From assembly GCA_043824255.1 (NCBI GenBank), contig JBDRTG010000005.1:24650-88649 (forward strand): DNA of 64,000 nucleotides, in the 5' to 3' direction. Below, piece after piece: positions 26,336 through 35,296 of this stretch. The position numbers were made by a program, and so were the translations under genes. The notes under the pieces were generated by a model, which saw nothing but the letters and a program-made list of their open reading frames with translations, was not told the origin of the DNA and ran no database searches. Source of the stretch: a bacterium. Lineage in GTDB: Bacteria; JAHJDO01. Position 1 is the stretch's first letter, and each line of letters starts with the position of its first letter.

Positions 26336-27235
26336 CTAATCTATCCCTGTTCTTTTCAAAAAATCCAAGCTTTTACTTAACTCTTTATCAGATACATTAC
26401 TGCCTACTTCCACTACCTTAATAGTCTCTTTTGATAGATAGTTCCCGACTAAAGAGAAATCCACATCTCCTATGCCGGGGGCTAAGTGATCTTCCAACCC
26501 TCTAACATCGTGAAGATGAATCCCAACCATTTTCTCCCTAAAAGTCCTGAGCCAATCCTCTTGTCTGCTTAATCCCAGGTTCTCCTGAACCTGACAGTGT
26601 CCTGTATCGTGCCAATAGCAGAGGTTAAATTCTTTTACTCTATTAAATATTCCTTCCATCTCCTTCAGGCTGGGAATCTCATAGAAATTTACTCTTGGTT
26701 CTAAGCAAAACAGAGTTTCCCTATCTCTCTGGCAGAGCGTCTTTAAGCTCCTGATAACATTTTCTGCGTACTCGTAGGCGGAGAATGTCCGCATTTCCCG
26801 CAAATGCTCTGTTAACACTTGCAAATGACCCTTCTCTCTAGCCCATCTCTTCTTGAAATCTCTGTAGTCTTCTCTCAAGTCTCTATCTTCAATATATCCG
26901 GCATGGAGAATGACTGCCCTTGCTCCCAATTGCTTAGCAAACCTAGCTGTTTCCAGAGTGAGTTCAATTGTCTCCTCTCTTTTCTTCTCGTCAGCGGACG
27001 CGAGGAAATCCCCTCGCTTATTCTCAGGATCAACAGGCTTATCGGTAAATATGTTGTGAACACTTGTTGCCTTTAAATCCAGTCTCCTCTGACAATTCAG
27101 AATATCCTTTTTAGATACTTTTACTGAGGAGAGCCCGATCTCAAATGTACCGAAGCCTATTTCTATACTTCTCTTAAAGAACCCATCTAAATTAGAAGAA
27201 AGTCCGGGCATACAGGCAGTGGAAATACCTAACAT
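26336..27235 (-). CDS. Sugar phosphate isomerase/epimerase family TIM-barrel protein
   Basis: SVHN, LHAG, WHDTGH, HLHD..GLEDHLAPG.G.VDF. Confidence 0.85.
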   Translation of the reverse strand: MLGISTACMPGLSSNLDGFFKRSIEIGFGTFEIGLSSVKVSKKDILNCQRRLDLKATSVHNIFTDKPVDPENKRGDFLASADEKKREETIELTLETARFAKQLGARAVILHAGYIEDRDLREDYRDFKKRWAREKGHLQVLTEHLREMRTFSAYEYAENVIRSLKTLCQRDRETLFCLEPRVNFYEIPSLKEMEGIFNRVKEFNLCYWHDTGHCQVQENLGLSRQEDWLRTFREKMVGIHLHDVRGLEDHLAPGIGDVDFSLVGNYLSKETIKVVEVGSNVSDKELSKSLDFLKRTGID

Positions 27236-27313
27236 AAATTCTTAAACCTCCTTATCGCCAGACAGCGGGGTAAAGGGATTTCTCACCCCGCCGACCATCA
27301 CCAACCTCCTTTA

Positions 27314-27640
27314 TTAAGTTTCTTTCTCAACAGAGATAACCTTAGCTACTTTTTTGCCGTCTCTAACCACATACTCAATTTCGACACTATCACCTACGGC
27401 GATATCTTCCAGTGCCTTCACATTTTTGAGCTCTACCTTGCTGTCTATAATGTAGGTCACATTTACTTCTTCGCCCTCGTCATTAGACTCTCTAACTACG
27501 AGTTCATTAGAAGATAAGCTCCGCACTATACCGTAAGATGACTCTAACTCCTCTTCCTCTTGAGCCAGCGATATGTTAGATGCAAAACACATCAGAAGAC
27601 TCAACGCCAATCCTGCAGCTACCACTAAATGTCTATTCAT
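27314..27640 (-). CDS. Small exported acidic OB-fold-like protein
   Basis: Signal peptide ending SLA; GIVRSL...DIAVGDSVEIEY...KVAKVI pattern. Confidence 0.65.
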   Translation of the reverse strand: MNRHLVVAAGLALSLLMCFASNISLAQEEEELESSYGIVRSLSSNELVVRESNDEGEEVNVTYIIDSKVELKNVKALEDIAVGDSVEIEYVVRDGKKVAKVISVEKET

Positions 27641-28005
27641 TTTTTATCACCTCCCTTCGCATTTATCTTTTTGCCAACTTTTCTGATTTCTTTGAGCCTA
27701 TTCAAATCCTGCTTAAACGTCTCTAATCCAGCAAGCCCAACTGTGACAATCCTAAGCAATTCTTTATAAGCCTTTCCCTCTGGTTTTATTAATTGATAAT
27801 AAACGTTGAGCCCGTCTTTTCTATCACATACCACCCCAGTTAATCGTAGTCGAGTAAGATGCTTGGAAAGATTGGATTGATTTGATTGCAGAACTTCACC
27901 CAGTTCTGTTACATTTAATTCGTATCTGCTTAGGAGATTTATGATCCTTAGCCGAGTTTCATCGGCAAAGGACTTTAATATCTGGTCTGCCTTCTTAATT
28001 CTCAT
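27637..28005 (-). CDS. ArsR/SmtB family transcriptional repressor; start reassigned to ATG 28005
   Basis: ADETRLRII, VTEL, QSNLSKHL..LR..G.V, VYYQL; GGAGG RBS. Confidence 0.92.
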   Translation of the reverse strand: MRIKKADQILKSFADETRLRIINLLSRYELNVTELGEVLQSNQSNLSKHLTRLRLTGVVCDRKDGLNVYYQLIKPEGKAYKELLRIVTVGLAGLETFKQDLNRLKEIRKVGKKINAKGGDKK

Positions 28006-28034
28006 CGGTAACCCTCCTATTCTATCACTATGCA

Positions 28035-28085
28035 ACTATATGACCATATGCTCATATAGTATTACAATAGAAATTATATTGTCAA
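28035..28085 (-). promoter_or_regulatory. Promoter and 26-bp palindromic operator of the ArsR-led cluster
   Basis: ACTATATGA-C-CATATG-C-TCATATAGT (28035-28060) overlaps the -10 of TTGACA-18-TACTAT. Confidence 0.7.
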
Positions 28086-28116
28086 GCCTTAATTTATTGA
28101 AATAGGGAAAAGTATA

Positions 28117-28809
28117 TTAAACAGAAGTCGTTACAGAGCCGTCTACAAGTTTAAGCATGCGCGGAGCGGTTTTAGCAAAAGTCTCATCGTGTGTTGCAAT
28201 AACAATTGTAATACCCTTATCCTTATTGAGATTCCGGAGCAGGTTATAGATTGACTCCCTGTTCTCTTTATCCAGATTACCTGTTGGTTCATCTGCAAGT
28301 ATAATCTCAGGCTGATTAACCAATGCGCGAGCTATTGCAACTCTCTGCTGCTCCCCGCCTGAGAGCTGATTTGGCCTGTGTAGAGATCTCTTTTCCAAAC
28401 CAATCTCTTGGACCAGTTGTTCAACAGCTCTATGTTCATGGTTCAACAACCTGTTTCTCTTATTTTTTATCATCAGAGGAAGGCTTATGTTCTCAATAAC
28501 TGTTAGCTCAGAGAATAAGTGAAAAAACTGAAATATAAACCCTATTTTCCTGTTGCGAAGAGTAGATTTCTCGTCTTCGCTCATACTGCTGATGTCTGCT
28601 TCATCATACTTCAACACACCTTTTGTAGGAGAATCTAATATCCCCAGTATATGCAAAAGTGTGCTTTTCCCTGAACCCGAGGGCCCTGTAATTGAGAGAA
28701 ATTCTCCTTTGTAAATATGGATATTAACATCTTTCAACACTATGAGCTCCCGCTCTCCATCAGAGTATTCCTTATACAATCCCTTTGCCCGAACAATTGC
28801 CTTATTCAT
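28117..28809 (-). CDS. lolD: Lipoprotein-releasing ABC transporter ATP-binding protein
   Basis: GPSGSGKSTLL, GFIFQFFHL, LSGGEQQR, LADEPTGNLD; adjacent to lolC/E. Confidence 0.88.
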   Translation of the reverse strand: MNKAIVRAKGLYKEYSDGERELIVLKDVNIHIYKGEFLSITGPSGSGKSTLLHILGILDSPTKGVLKYDEADISSMSEDEKSTLRNRKIGFIFQFFHLFSELTVIENISLPLMIKNKRNRLLNHEHRAVEQLVQEIGLEKRSLHRPNQLSGGEQQRVAIARALVNQPEIILADEPTGNLDKENRESIYNLLRNLNKDKGITIVIATHDETFAKTAPRMLKLVDGSVTTSV

Positions 28810-30019
28810 ATCTTAGAGCCTCTACAGGGTCAAGCTTTGAAGCCTGGCTGGACGGGTATAAGGTTGATAAAAAACTGATTAGTATTGACGCTACACATAC
28901 TGCACTGAAGTCCAAAATACGCATATCAACAGGCAATGTCCTTAAATAATACACTTCAGGTGGTAGATGTATAAATTGGTATCTCTTCAATAACAAACAA
29001 AGCAGAACCCCACCAATACATCCTAATATTGTTCCCAGAATCCCGATTATTGTGCCTTCAAGAATAAATATCTTTCTTATGCTCCTTAAATCCGCCCCTA
29101 TTGCTTTGAGTATTCCTATATCCTTTGTTTTTTCCAGAATTATCATAATAAGCGTGCTGACTATATTGAATGCAGCTACAATAATGATTAAGCCCAGTAT
29201 TATAAACATTGTGATTTTCTCAAGCTTAAGCGCAAAGAAAAATGCCCTATCCAGAGTCTGCCAGTCTCTGACCAGAAAACGATACTCTAGGAGAGCTTTT
29301 ATTTCCCCACTAATCTGTGGAGAAAGATAAATGTTATCCAGTTTTATCTCAATTCTATTCACGCCTTTCAGGTTGTAGAGTTTCTTCGCTGTATCAAGAG
29401 AAACATACGCAAGTGTGTTGTCATATTCGTATATACCGCATTCAAATATTCCTACAACCTTTAATCTGGCAGTTTTTGGAATAATTACTCCTCCTGGCCC
29501 TACCTTATATTCCGGAGATATCACCGTTACTTCTTCATGCAGTCTTACACCAAGATTTCTTGCCAGTTCTTTACCAAGCACAATATTATAAGAGCCTTTA
29601 TCTAATTTCATTGAGCCTTCTATTATATACTCCGAAATATCTGTCGTGTTTTTTTCCATTGCTGGATCTATTCCCTTTATCACTATCCCCATAGCATCAT
29701 TATGATATTTAATCATACCTTGTCCTACTATTACAGGAGAACAGCCCAGAACATGAGGTATATTCTTGACCTTGTCTATTATTTGAGGATATTCTTTTAT
29801 CTCTGTATCAGATATAGCAATGTGGGATTTTATACCTAGCATTTTGCCTTTTAAATGCTTATCAAACCCATTCATTACAGACATAACAACAATAACAGCC
29901 ATTACTCCAATAGCTATCCCGAGAACAGATATTAAGCTTATAATGGATATGAATTTTGTCTTATGATGCAGTCTCAGATACTTCAGGGCAATAAATAATT
30001 CATAGCTCATGATATTCAC
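28802..30019 (-). CDS. Lipoprotein-releasing ABC transporter permease (LolC/E family)
   Basis: IALKYL, VMSVMNGF, LEK..MF, VAAFNI, IGILKAIGA, YYL..LP, DPVEALRYE. Confidence 0.92.
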   Translation of the reverse strand: MNIMSYELFIALKYLRLHHKTKFISIISLISVLGIAIGVMAVIVVMSVMNGFDKHLKGKMLGIKSHIAISDTEIKEYPQIIDKVKNIPHVLGCSPVIVGQGMIKYHNDAMGIVIKGIDPAMEKNTTDISEYIIEGSMKLDKGSYNIVLGKELARNLGVRLHEEVTVISPEYKVGPGGVIIPKTARLKVVGIFECGIYEYDNTLAYVSLDTAKKLYNLKGVNRIEIKLDNIYLSPQISGEIKALLEYRFLVRDWQTLDRAFFFALKLEKITMFIILGLIIIVAAFNIVSTLIMIILEKTKDIGILKAIGADLRSIRKIFILEGTIIGILGTILGCIGGVLLCLLLKRYQFIHLPPEVYYLRTLPVDMRILDFSAVCVASILISFLSTLYPSSQASKLDPVEALRYE

Positions 30020-30121
30020 TCATACGTATTGTCAACCTATTTCGCGTTCAAGTCCGTTCTTTCTGGTATTATATTGCAAATGTAAAAGTTAACAAGAATT
30101 TATTGCTGAATCAATAAAAAT

Positions 30122-30901
30122 TTGGTATATTTTATATTGAGAAAGCGAGAAAATATGGAAATATTCCTACTATTAATCGTAATATTTGTCTTTTTGATTC
30201 TGTTAAGTTTTATACCATGTCTAAAAAATACTTTTTCAAACTTCTTCGATTCCCGACAATTTAAAGCAATAAGATTAATTATTACAATATTTGGAATCAT
30301 AAGTTTAATTCTTGGTTTATTAAATTGGTATACCAGCAAAAATCCTAAAGTGATCATCAAAGAAGCAAGCTTTCGGCTAGATATATTAAATAATTTGGCA
30401 ATTCCTCCAAATGAAACAAAAGAAGATAACACACTCAACAGTGCATTAAACAATATAATATGGCATCCTTTTGTCATGTGTTTTATGCAGGGCTGGCAGC
30501 CAGTGTTAACAGAAACAGATAACAACTACGATTTCATAGTAAAATCGTTCACAGAAAACAAGGGTGAATTAATTAGTAAACAAAAAATTGATAATGAACT
30601 GTCACCTGGAAGATCTACGGCGAATATAACCAAGTTTTATATACCTCCAGAGGCAAACTTTAATATAACTCGTAAAGAAATCAAAGGAAGACTATGGAGT
30701 CATATAGTGATAAAGAATAAGCATATTGAGCTAAGACTAGAGATTACCACTTTAGGTGAAATATGTTACGTTAAAATATTTTATATCAAGAATGGGTTCT
30801 GGAATTATATATTATACGATTACAATGAATACGATAGGTGGTTTGAGATAATTACTAAAAAGATTCTATTAAAACAAATAATTAATAAGAAAATAAGCTA
30901 A
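30122..30901 (+). CDS. AT-rich hypothetical membrane protein (start may be ATG 30155)
   Basis: 259-aa ORF filling the lysS-lolC gap; two N-terminal hydrophobic segments; no recognised motif. Confidence 0.55.
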   Translation: MVYFILRKRENMEIFLLLIVIFVFLILLSFIPCLKNTFSNFFDSRQFKAIRLIITIFGIISLILGLLNWYTSKNPKVIIKEASFRLDILNNLAIPPNETKEDNTLNSALNNIIWHPFVMCFMQGWQPVLTETDNNYDFIVKSFTENKGELISKQKIDNELSPGRSTANITKFYIPPEANFNITRKEIKGRLWSHIVIKNKHIELRLEITTLGEICYVKIFYIKNGFWNYILYDYNEYDRWFEIITKKILLKQIINKKIS

Positions 30902-30940
30902 CACTTAATGCAACAAAAAAATAAATAATCTTCTAACAAC

Positions 30941-32428
30941 TCAATTGAGCGGATTTTTCTGAGGCTTCAACTGCGGAAACAGTATTACATCTCTGATTGA
31001 CGGGGAATTGGTGAAGAGCATAACAAGCCTGTCAATGCCTATACCCAATCCTCCGGTTGGCGGCATGCCATATTCTAAAGCAGTGATGAAATCTTCATCC
31101 ATAAGATGCGCTTCATCATCTCCTATCTTTCTGTCTTTTATTTGGTCTAAAAAGCGCTCCTTTTGCTCCATTGGATCATTCAACTCAGAATATGCATTGC
31201 CTAACTCTATACCACATATATAAGGCTGAAATCTTTCTGTAAGAGCTTTGCTTCCTTTTTTCTTCTTTGCAAGAGGACACATTCTTTCAGGATAGTCAAT
31301 TATAAAGGTTGGTTCAATAAGATGGGGAATTACAACCTTCTTGAATATTGCGTCTACAATTTCTCTGAAGGAATTCATCTTCTTTGCTTTAGGAACCAGT
31401 TTCTCTGCCTTCTCTTTAAGTTCTTTATCTGAAACTGATTCTAAATCTATCTCAGCATATTTCTTTATAGCATCAACAAAGCTCAATCGCTTCCATTTCT
31501 TCTTTAATTCAATGTTATGCCCCTGATACTCAATACTTGTCTTCCCAAGACATTCTTCTGCCAGAGTATAGAACATCTCCTCGGTTAAGCACATGAGATC
31601 CTCATAACTTACAAAAGCCTGATATAATTCAAGCATGGTAAACTCAGGATTGTGCCGCGTTGATATACCTTCATTGCGAAAGTTTCTATTTATTTCGTAA
31701 ATCTTCTCAAATCCGCCCACAATTAATCTTTTCAGAAATAGTTCAGGAGCTATTCTCAAGTATAAATCCATATCAAGAGTATTATGATGAGTTACAAATG
31801 GTTTTGCCATAGCTCCACCGGGAATCTGCTGCATCATTGGTGTTTCTACTTCCAGGAAATTCTTTCCTTCTAAGAACTTTCTCATTGAGCTTATTATATG
31901 ACTGCGAAGCTTGAATAATGGCTTAATATCTTTATTTGCTATTAAATCAACGTATCTTCTGCGGTATTTTAATTCTATATCCTTAAGACCTGACCACTTT
32001 TCCGGTAAAGGTTGTAAGGACTTTGAGAATACAGAAAACTCTGAAATAAATATAGTATCCTCTCCTGTCCTTGTTTTAAAAATCTTCCCCTTAACTCCTA
32101 TGAAATCCCCTATATCCACCAGCTTGAATAAATCGTATGCTTTTTCTCCAACAGCGTTTGACTTAACATATATCTGAATATCTCCCGAGTCATCTCTTAT
32201 ATTAGCAAAGCAGCTTTTACCATGCTCCCTTACTGTTATTATCCTTCCTATTACCAGAACTTCTAACTCTTCTAATACTTCGCCAACAGATGCTTTTTTG
32301 GCGCATTCATGCACTGATGCTGCAGAGTGAGTCCGTCTAAAATGCAGGGCATAAGGATCTATTCCCTGTTCTCTTATCTTTTTTAATTTCTCTTTTCTTA
32401 TTTTAATCAGCTCACGCTCATCTGTCAT
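30941..32428 (-). CDS. lysS: Lysine--tRNA ligase (class II)
   Basis: HGK, YRRRYVDL, EVETPMM, YLRIAPEL, FRNEG..HNPEFTMLE, YGMPPTGG. Confidence 0.98.
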   Translation of the reverse strand: MTDERELIKIRKEKLKKIREQGIDPYALHFRRTHSAASVHECAKKASVGEVLEELEVLVIGRIITVREHGKSCFANIRDDSGDIQIYVKSNAVGEKAYDLFKLVDIGDFIGVKGKIFKTRTGEDTIFISEFSVFSKSLQPLPEKWSGLKDIELKYRRRYVDLIANKDIKPLFKLRSHIISSMRKFLEGKNFLEVETPMMQQIPGGAMAKPFVTHHNTLDMDLYLRIAPELFLKRLIVGGFEKIYEINRNFRNEGISTRHNPEFTMLELYQAFVSYEDLMCLTEEMFYTLAEECLGKTSIEYQGHNIELKKKWKRLSFVDAIKKYAEIDLESVSDKELKEKAEKLVPKAKKMNSFREIVDAIFKKVVIPHLIEPTFIIDYPERMCPLAKKKKGSKALTERFQPYICGIELGNAYSELNDPMEQKERFLDQIKDRKIGDDEAHLMDEDFITALEYGMPPTGGLGIGIDRLVMLFTNSPSIRDVILFPQLKPQKNPLN

Positions 32429-33209
32429 TTTCTTCTCCGGTATTTATTAGCCCAAACAGTCTTTTTGCGTTCCCTGTAGTATGGCAGGCTACTTCTTCTG
32501 CGTCAAGTCCTTTAACTCTTGCAAGTTCCAGAGCTGTATACTTTAAAAAACTTGGCTGATTTCGTTTACCTCTTACAGCTTGTGGAGCAAGATATGGGCA
32601 ATCAGTTTCTATGAGAATTCTATTATTTGGTATCTCCTTTGCAACCTGCCTCAAGCCAGGTGCGTTCGGATATGTGAGATTTCCCGCAAATGAAATATAA
32701 AAGCCGCGATTCAGGCAAGTTTGCACAAATTCCATGGTTCCTGAAAAGCAATGTATCACTCCCCTGCTTATAGAGTAATCCTTAATAATATCCAGAATAT
32801 CTTTGTGCGCCTCTCGATTATGAATAATTATTGGCAGATTAAATTCTAAAGACAGTTCAATATGCTTACGAAAAAGCTCCTTCTGCAATTCCTTGACGGA
32901 AGTATCTCTGTAATAATCCAAACCTGTTTCCCCTATTGCTGCAATATTCGGGTTCTTTTCTAAACATTCTTTTATATACCTTATATCATCCTGTTTGATT
33001 TTATCAGCATAGTTCGGATGCAGACCAATTGCCATTAATATATTCTTCTTCCCATAAACTGTCTTAAATCCGATTTCAATGCTTTCAATATCACAGCAAA
33101 CATTAATCATATATTCCACATCATTCTTATTTGCCTCAGATATGACCGAATCAATTCCCTCTTTAAAAGCAGGATCGGCTAAATGCGCATGAGTATCAAA
33201 AAGTTTCAT
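32418..33209 (-). CDS. TatD family hydrolase
   Basis: DTHAH, GLHP, IGETGLDY, IHNR, HCFSG, ETDCPYLAP. Confidence 0.95.
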   Translation of the reverse strand: MKLFDTHAHLADPAFKEGIDSVISEANKNDVEYMINVCCDIESIEIGFKTVYGKKNILMAIGLHPNYADKIKQDDIRYIKECLEKNPNIAAIGETGLDYYRDTSVKELQKELFRKHIELSLEFNLPIIIHNREAHKDILDIIKDYSISRGVIHCFSGTMEFVQTCLNRGFYISFAGNLTYPNAPGLRQVAKEIPNNRILIETDCPYLAPQAVRGKRNQPSFLKYTALELARVKGLDAEEVACHTTGNAKRLFGLINTGEENDR

Positions 33210-33218
33210 TTAAAATAG

Positions 33219-34154
33219 TCAGGATTTTTCTTTTGCAACCACTCTATTTCTAAAATCAAACCAGAAATCAATCAGACCTAATATAATAATGAGCATAAGG
33301 AAAATTGGAGAAGTAAAAACCAGTACATAAATCAGAATCTTAACAAAAGGAAAGACCTTCCATTTGTCAAAAAAGAAACTTGCAATTGCCAGTCCGCCTA
33401 CCAGGTAAATAGCTGAAATAACAATCAGCAAATTCAGTCCTATTATATATCCTGATTGAAACTTGGCGTATTTGAATAGAAATGTCATTATGGCACATAC
33501 AATAAATACCCATATACACTCATCCCTCAGTCTCCATGTTTTAAAAGGAGATAATTTAAGAGCTTCTAAACCAAGTATCTTTTTTGAGAATAAAAGGTTA
33601 ATGCTGACTATTAAAAAATTAACAATGAAAATAATAGCCGGGAAACTAGTTTTAATTATATTTAATACTTTAGTAAATGACTCTTTAACCAACTCAATCT
33701 TTTCTTTGCTAATGCCAGTCTCTTCATAAATTTTCAGACTTTTATCCATATGAATCTGTAAATTCATGTAAATTCTATTAAGAAAATTTTCGCCATGCAA
33801 TGAAATTACAAAAATAGCCAAAAGACTTATAAGGCTCAAAATAACTGTTGACAAAACACATGTCTTTATAAAAGAAAACTTGTTCCTAGCTATTATACCT
33901 GTAACCAAGCCTAAAAGTCCAAGTTGTATAGATAAAATTGCGAAAAAGTGATTTTGGAAAATTAAGTAGACACCTGATGCCATAATAAAAAAACACAGAA
34001 ATCCTTTACGGACACCAAGCAAATACACACAGATAATAATAGGTAAAGGAACTAAAACTTGAAAGAATAACTGCCCAAAAGCAAAAAAAATCCCTGATAT
34101 GAAAAAACATAGTGACACTAAGGAAAGCAGGATTATCTTTTTACCTGTTGGCAA
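33219..34154 (-). CDS. YybS/DUF2232 family membrane protein
   Basis: Polytopic hydrophobic protein ending LGLIDFWFDFR; canonical position after rpsR. Confidence 0.85.
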   Translation of the reverse strand: MPTGKKIILLSLVSLCFFISGIFFAFGQLFFQVLVPLPIIICVYLLGVRKGFLCFFIMASGVYLIFQNHFFAILSIQLGLLGLVTGIIARNKFSFIKTCVLSTVILSLISLLAIFVISLHGENFLNRIYMNLQIHMDKSLKIYEETGISKEKIELVKESFTKVLNIIKTSFPAIIFIVNFLIVSINLLFSKKILGLEALKLSPFKTWRLRDECIWVFIVCAIMTFLFKYAKFQSGYIIGLNLLIVISAIYLVGGLAIASFFFDKWKVFPFVKILIYVLVFTSPIFLMLIIILGLIDFWFDFRNRVVAKEKS

Positions 34155-34169
34155 CTGACATTTCTCAAT

Positions 34170-34421
34170 TTATTCTGCAGAAAAAGGTAGTAACGAACAC
34201 ATTCTTGCTCGTTTTATCGCAATGGCAAGTTTTTTCTGATGACGAGCGCAATTCCCTGAGACTTTAGTTGAAAGAATTTTTCCCCTCTCAGTAATAAAGC
34301 CAGAGAGTGTCTTTGTGTCCCTATAATCAACTTTATCCATCTTTTCAACACAAAGCCTACAATATTTCTCTCTTATAATCTTCTTTTTGCGGCCTTTGAC
34401 TTTTTTCCCTCTTTGAAACAT
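34170..34421 (-). CDS. rpsR: 30S ribosomal protein S18
   Basis: CRLC, VDYRD, ERGKI, GNCARHQ, AIKRAR, LLPF. Confidence 0.97.
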   Translation of the reverse strand: MFQRGKKVKGRKKKIIREKYCRLCVEKMDKVDYRDTKTLSGFITERGKILSTKVSGNCARHQKKLAIAIKRARMCSLLPFSAE

Positions 34422-34445
34422 AAAGGTAATCTCCTTTCTATTATA

Positions 34446-34901
34446 TTAGAATGGCACTTCATCCTCTCCGGATTTTTCGGGTTTTTCCTCCTTCTTCTCA
34501 TCTATCTGTATCTCAGGTACAGATGAGTCTTTTTCTCCGACTGATAAAGGCATAGTATTGCTGCTTCCTTGCGACGTACCAAGAAACTGAACTCTCTCTG
34601 CGACTACTTCCAAAGCGCTTCGCTTTTGTCCATCCTTATCTTCCCATGAGCGGCTTTGCAATCGCCCTTCTATAAAAACAGGTTTCCCTTTAGTAAGATA
34701 TTTTGCGCAGGATTCCGCCTGATTAGCCCATACAACAACTCTTACAAAACATGTATCTTCTGTCTTTGTTCCCTCTTTATTTTTGAAAAACCGATTAATT
34801 GCTATGCTAAAATCACTAACTGCAGTACCACTTGGTATATATCTGAGTTCTGGGTCCCTTGTCAAATTGCCCATCAAAAAAACCTTATTCAAATTTGCCA
34901 T
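34446..34901 (-). CDS. ssb: Single-stranded DNA-binding protein
   Basis: NKVFLMGNLTRDPELRY, IEGRLQSRSW, C-terminal DEVPF. Confidence 0.98.
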   Translation of the reverse strand: MANLNKVFLMGNLTRDPELRYIPSGTAVSDFSIAINRFFKNKEGTKTEDTCFVRVVVWANQAESCAKYLTKGKPVFIEGRLQSRSWEDKDGQKRSALEVVAERVQFLGTSQGSSNTMPLSVGEKDSSVPEIQIDEKKEEKPEKSGEDEVPF

Positions 34902-34923
34902 GTTTATTCTCCTTTTTTGCTCA

Positions 34924-35214
34924 TTACTTCCTTAAAATAAAAACTCTAAATATATCCTCTTTCAATTTTAATTTTTTATTAAGCACAGCAATGCCCTCGG
35001 AAGGGGCCTCAAAATTTATATTTACATACACTCCCTCACTGCGCTTTTTGATCTTATAAGCAAACTTTTTCTTCCCAATACGGTCAACATTTATAACTTT
35101 GCCTTTTGCGGATGCAATACATTTTTCAATCTCTTCTATAACCTTATCCCGATCATCTTCTGCTAAATCAGAGTTTATAATAAACAAGCCTTCGTACTTA
35201 TTTTTATCCACCAA
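34924..35214 (-). CDS. rpsF: 30S ribosomal protein S6
   Basis: KYEGLFII, GKKKFAYKIKK..EGVY; rpsF-ssb-rpsR synteny. Confidence 0.95.
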   Translation of the reverse strand: MVDKNKYEGLFIINSDLAEDDRDKVIEEIEKCIASAKGKVINVDRIGKKKFAYKIKKRSEGVYVNINFEAPSEGIAVLNKKLKLKEDIFRVFILRK

Positions 35215-35223
35215 ACCACCTCC

Positions 35224-35272
35224 AGGCTGCCTGTGGCAGCAATTATTAATTTTTAATGCTTAATTTTTAATT
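35224..35272. repeat. Dispersed intergenic repeat, copy 2
   Basis: 43/49 nt identical to 5608-5656. Confidence 0.7.
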
Positions 35273-35296
35273 AATTTACAATTCATAACTAAAAAT

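Noticed and set aside
27265..27291. GCGGGGT...ACCCCGC hairpin as an intrinsic terminator or riboswitch
   Set aside because: No U-tract on the coding strand and no recognisable aptamer
30100..30525. 141-aa minus-strand ORF
   Set aside because: Antisense to the longer 30122-30901 ORF, with no RBS or motif
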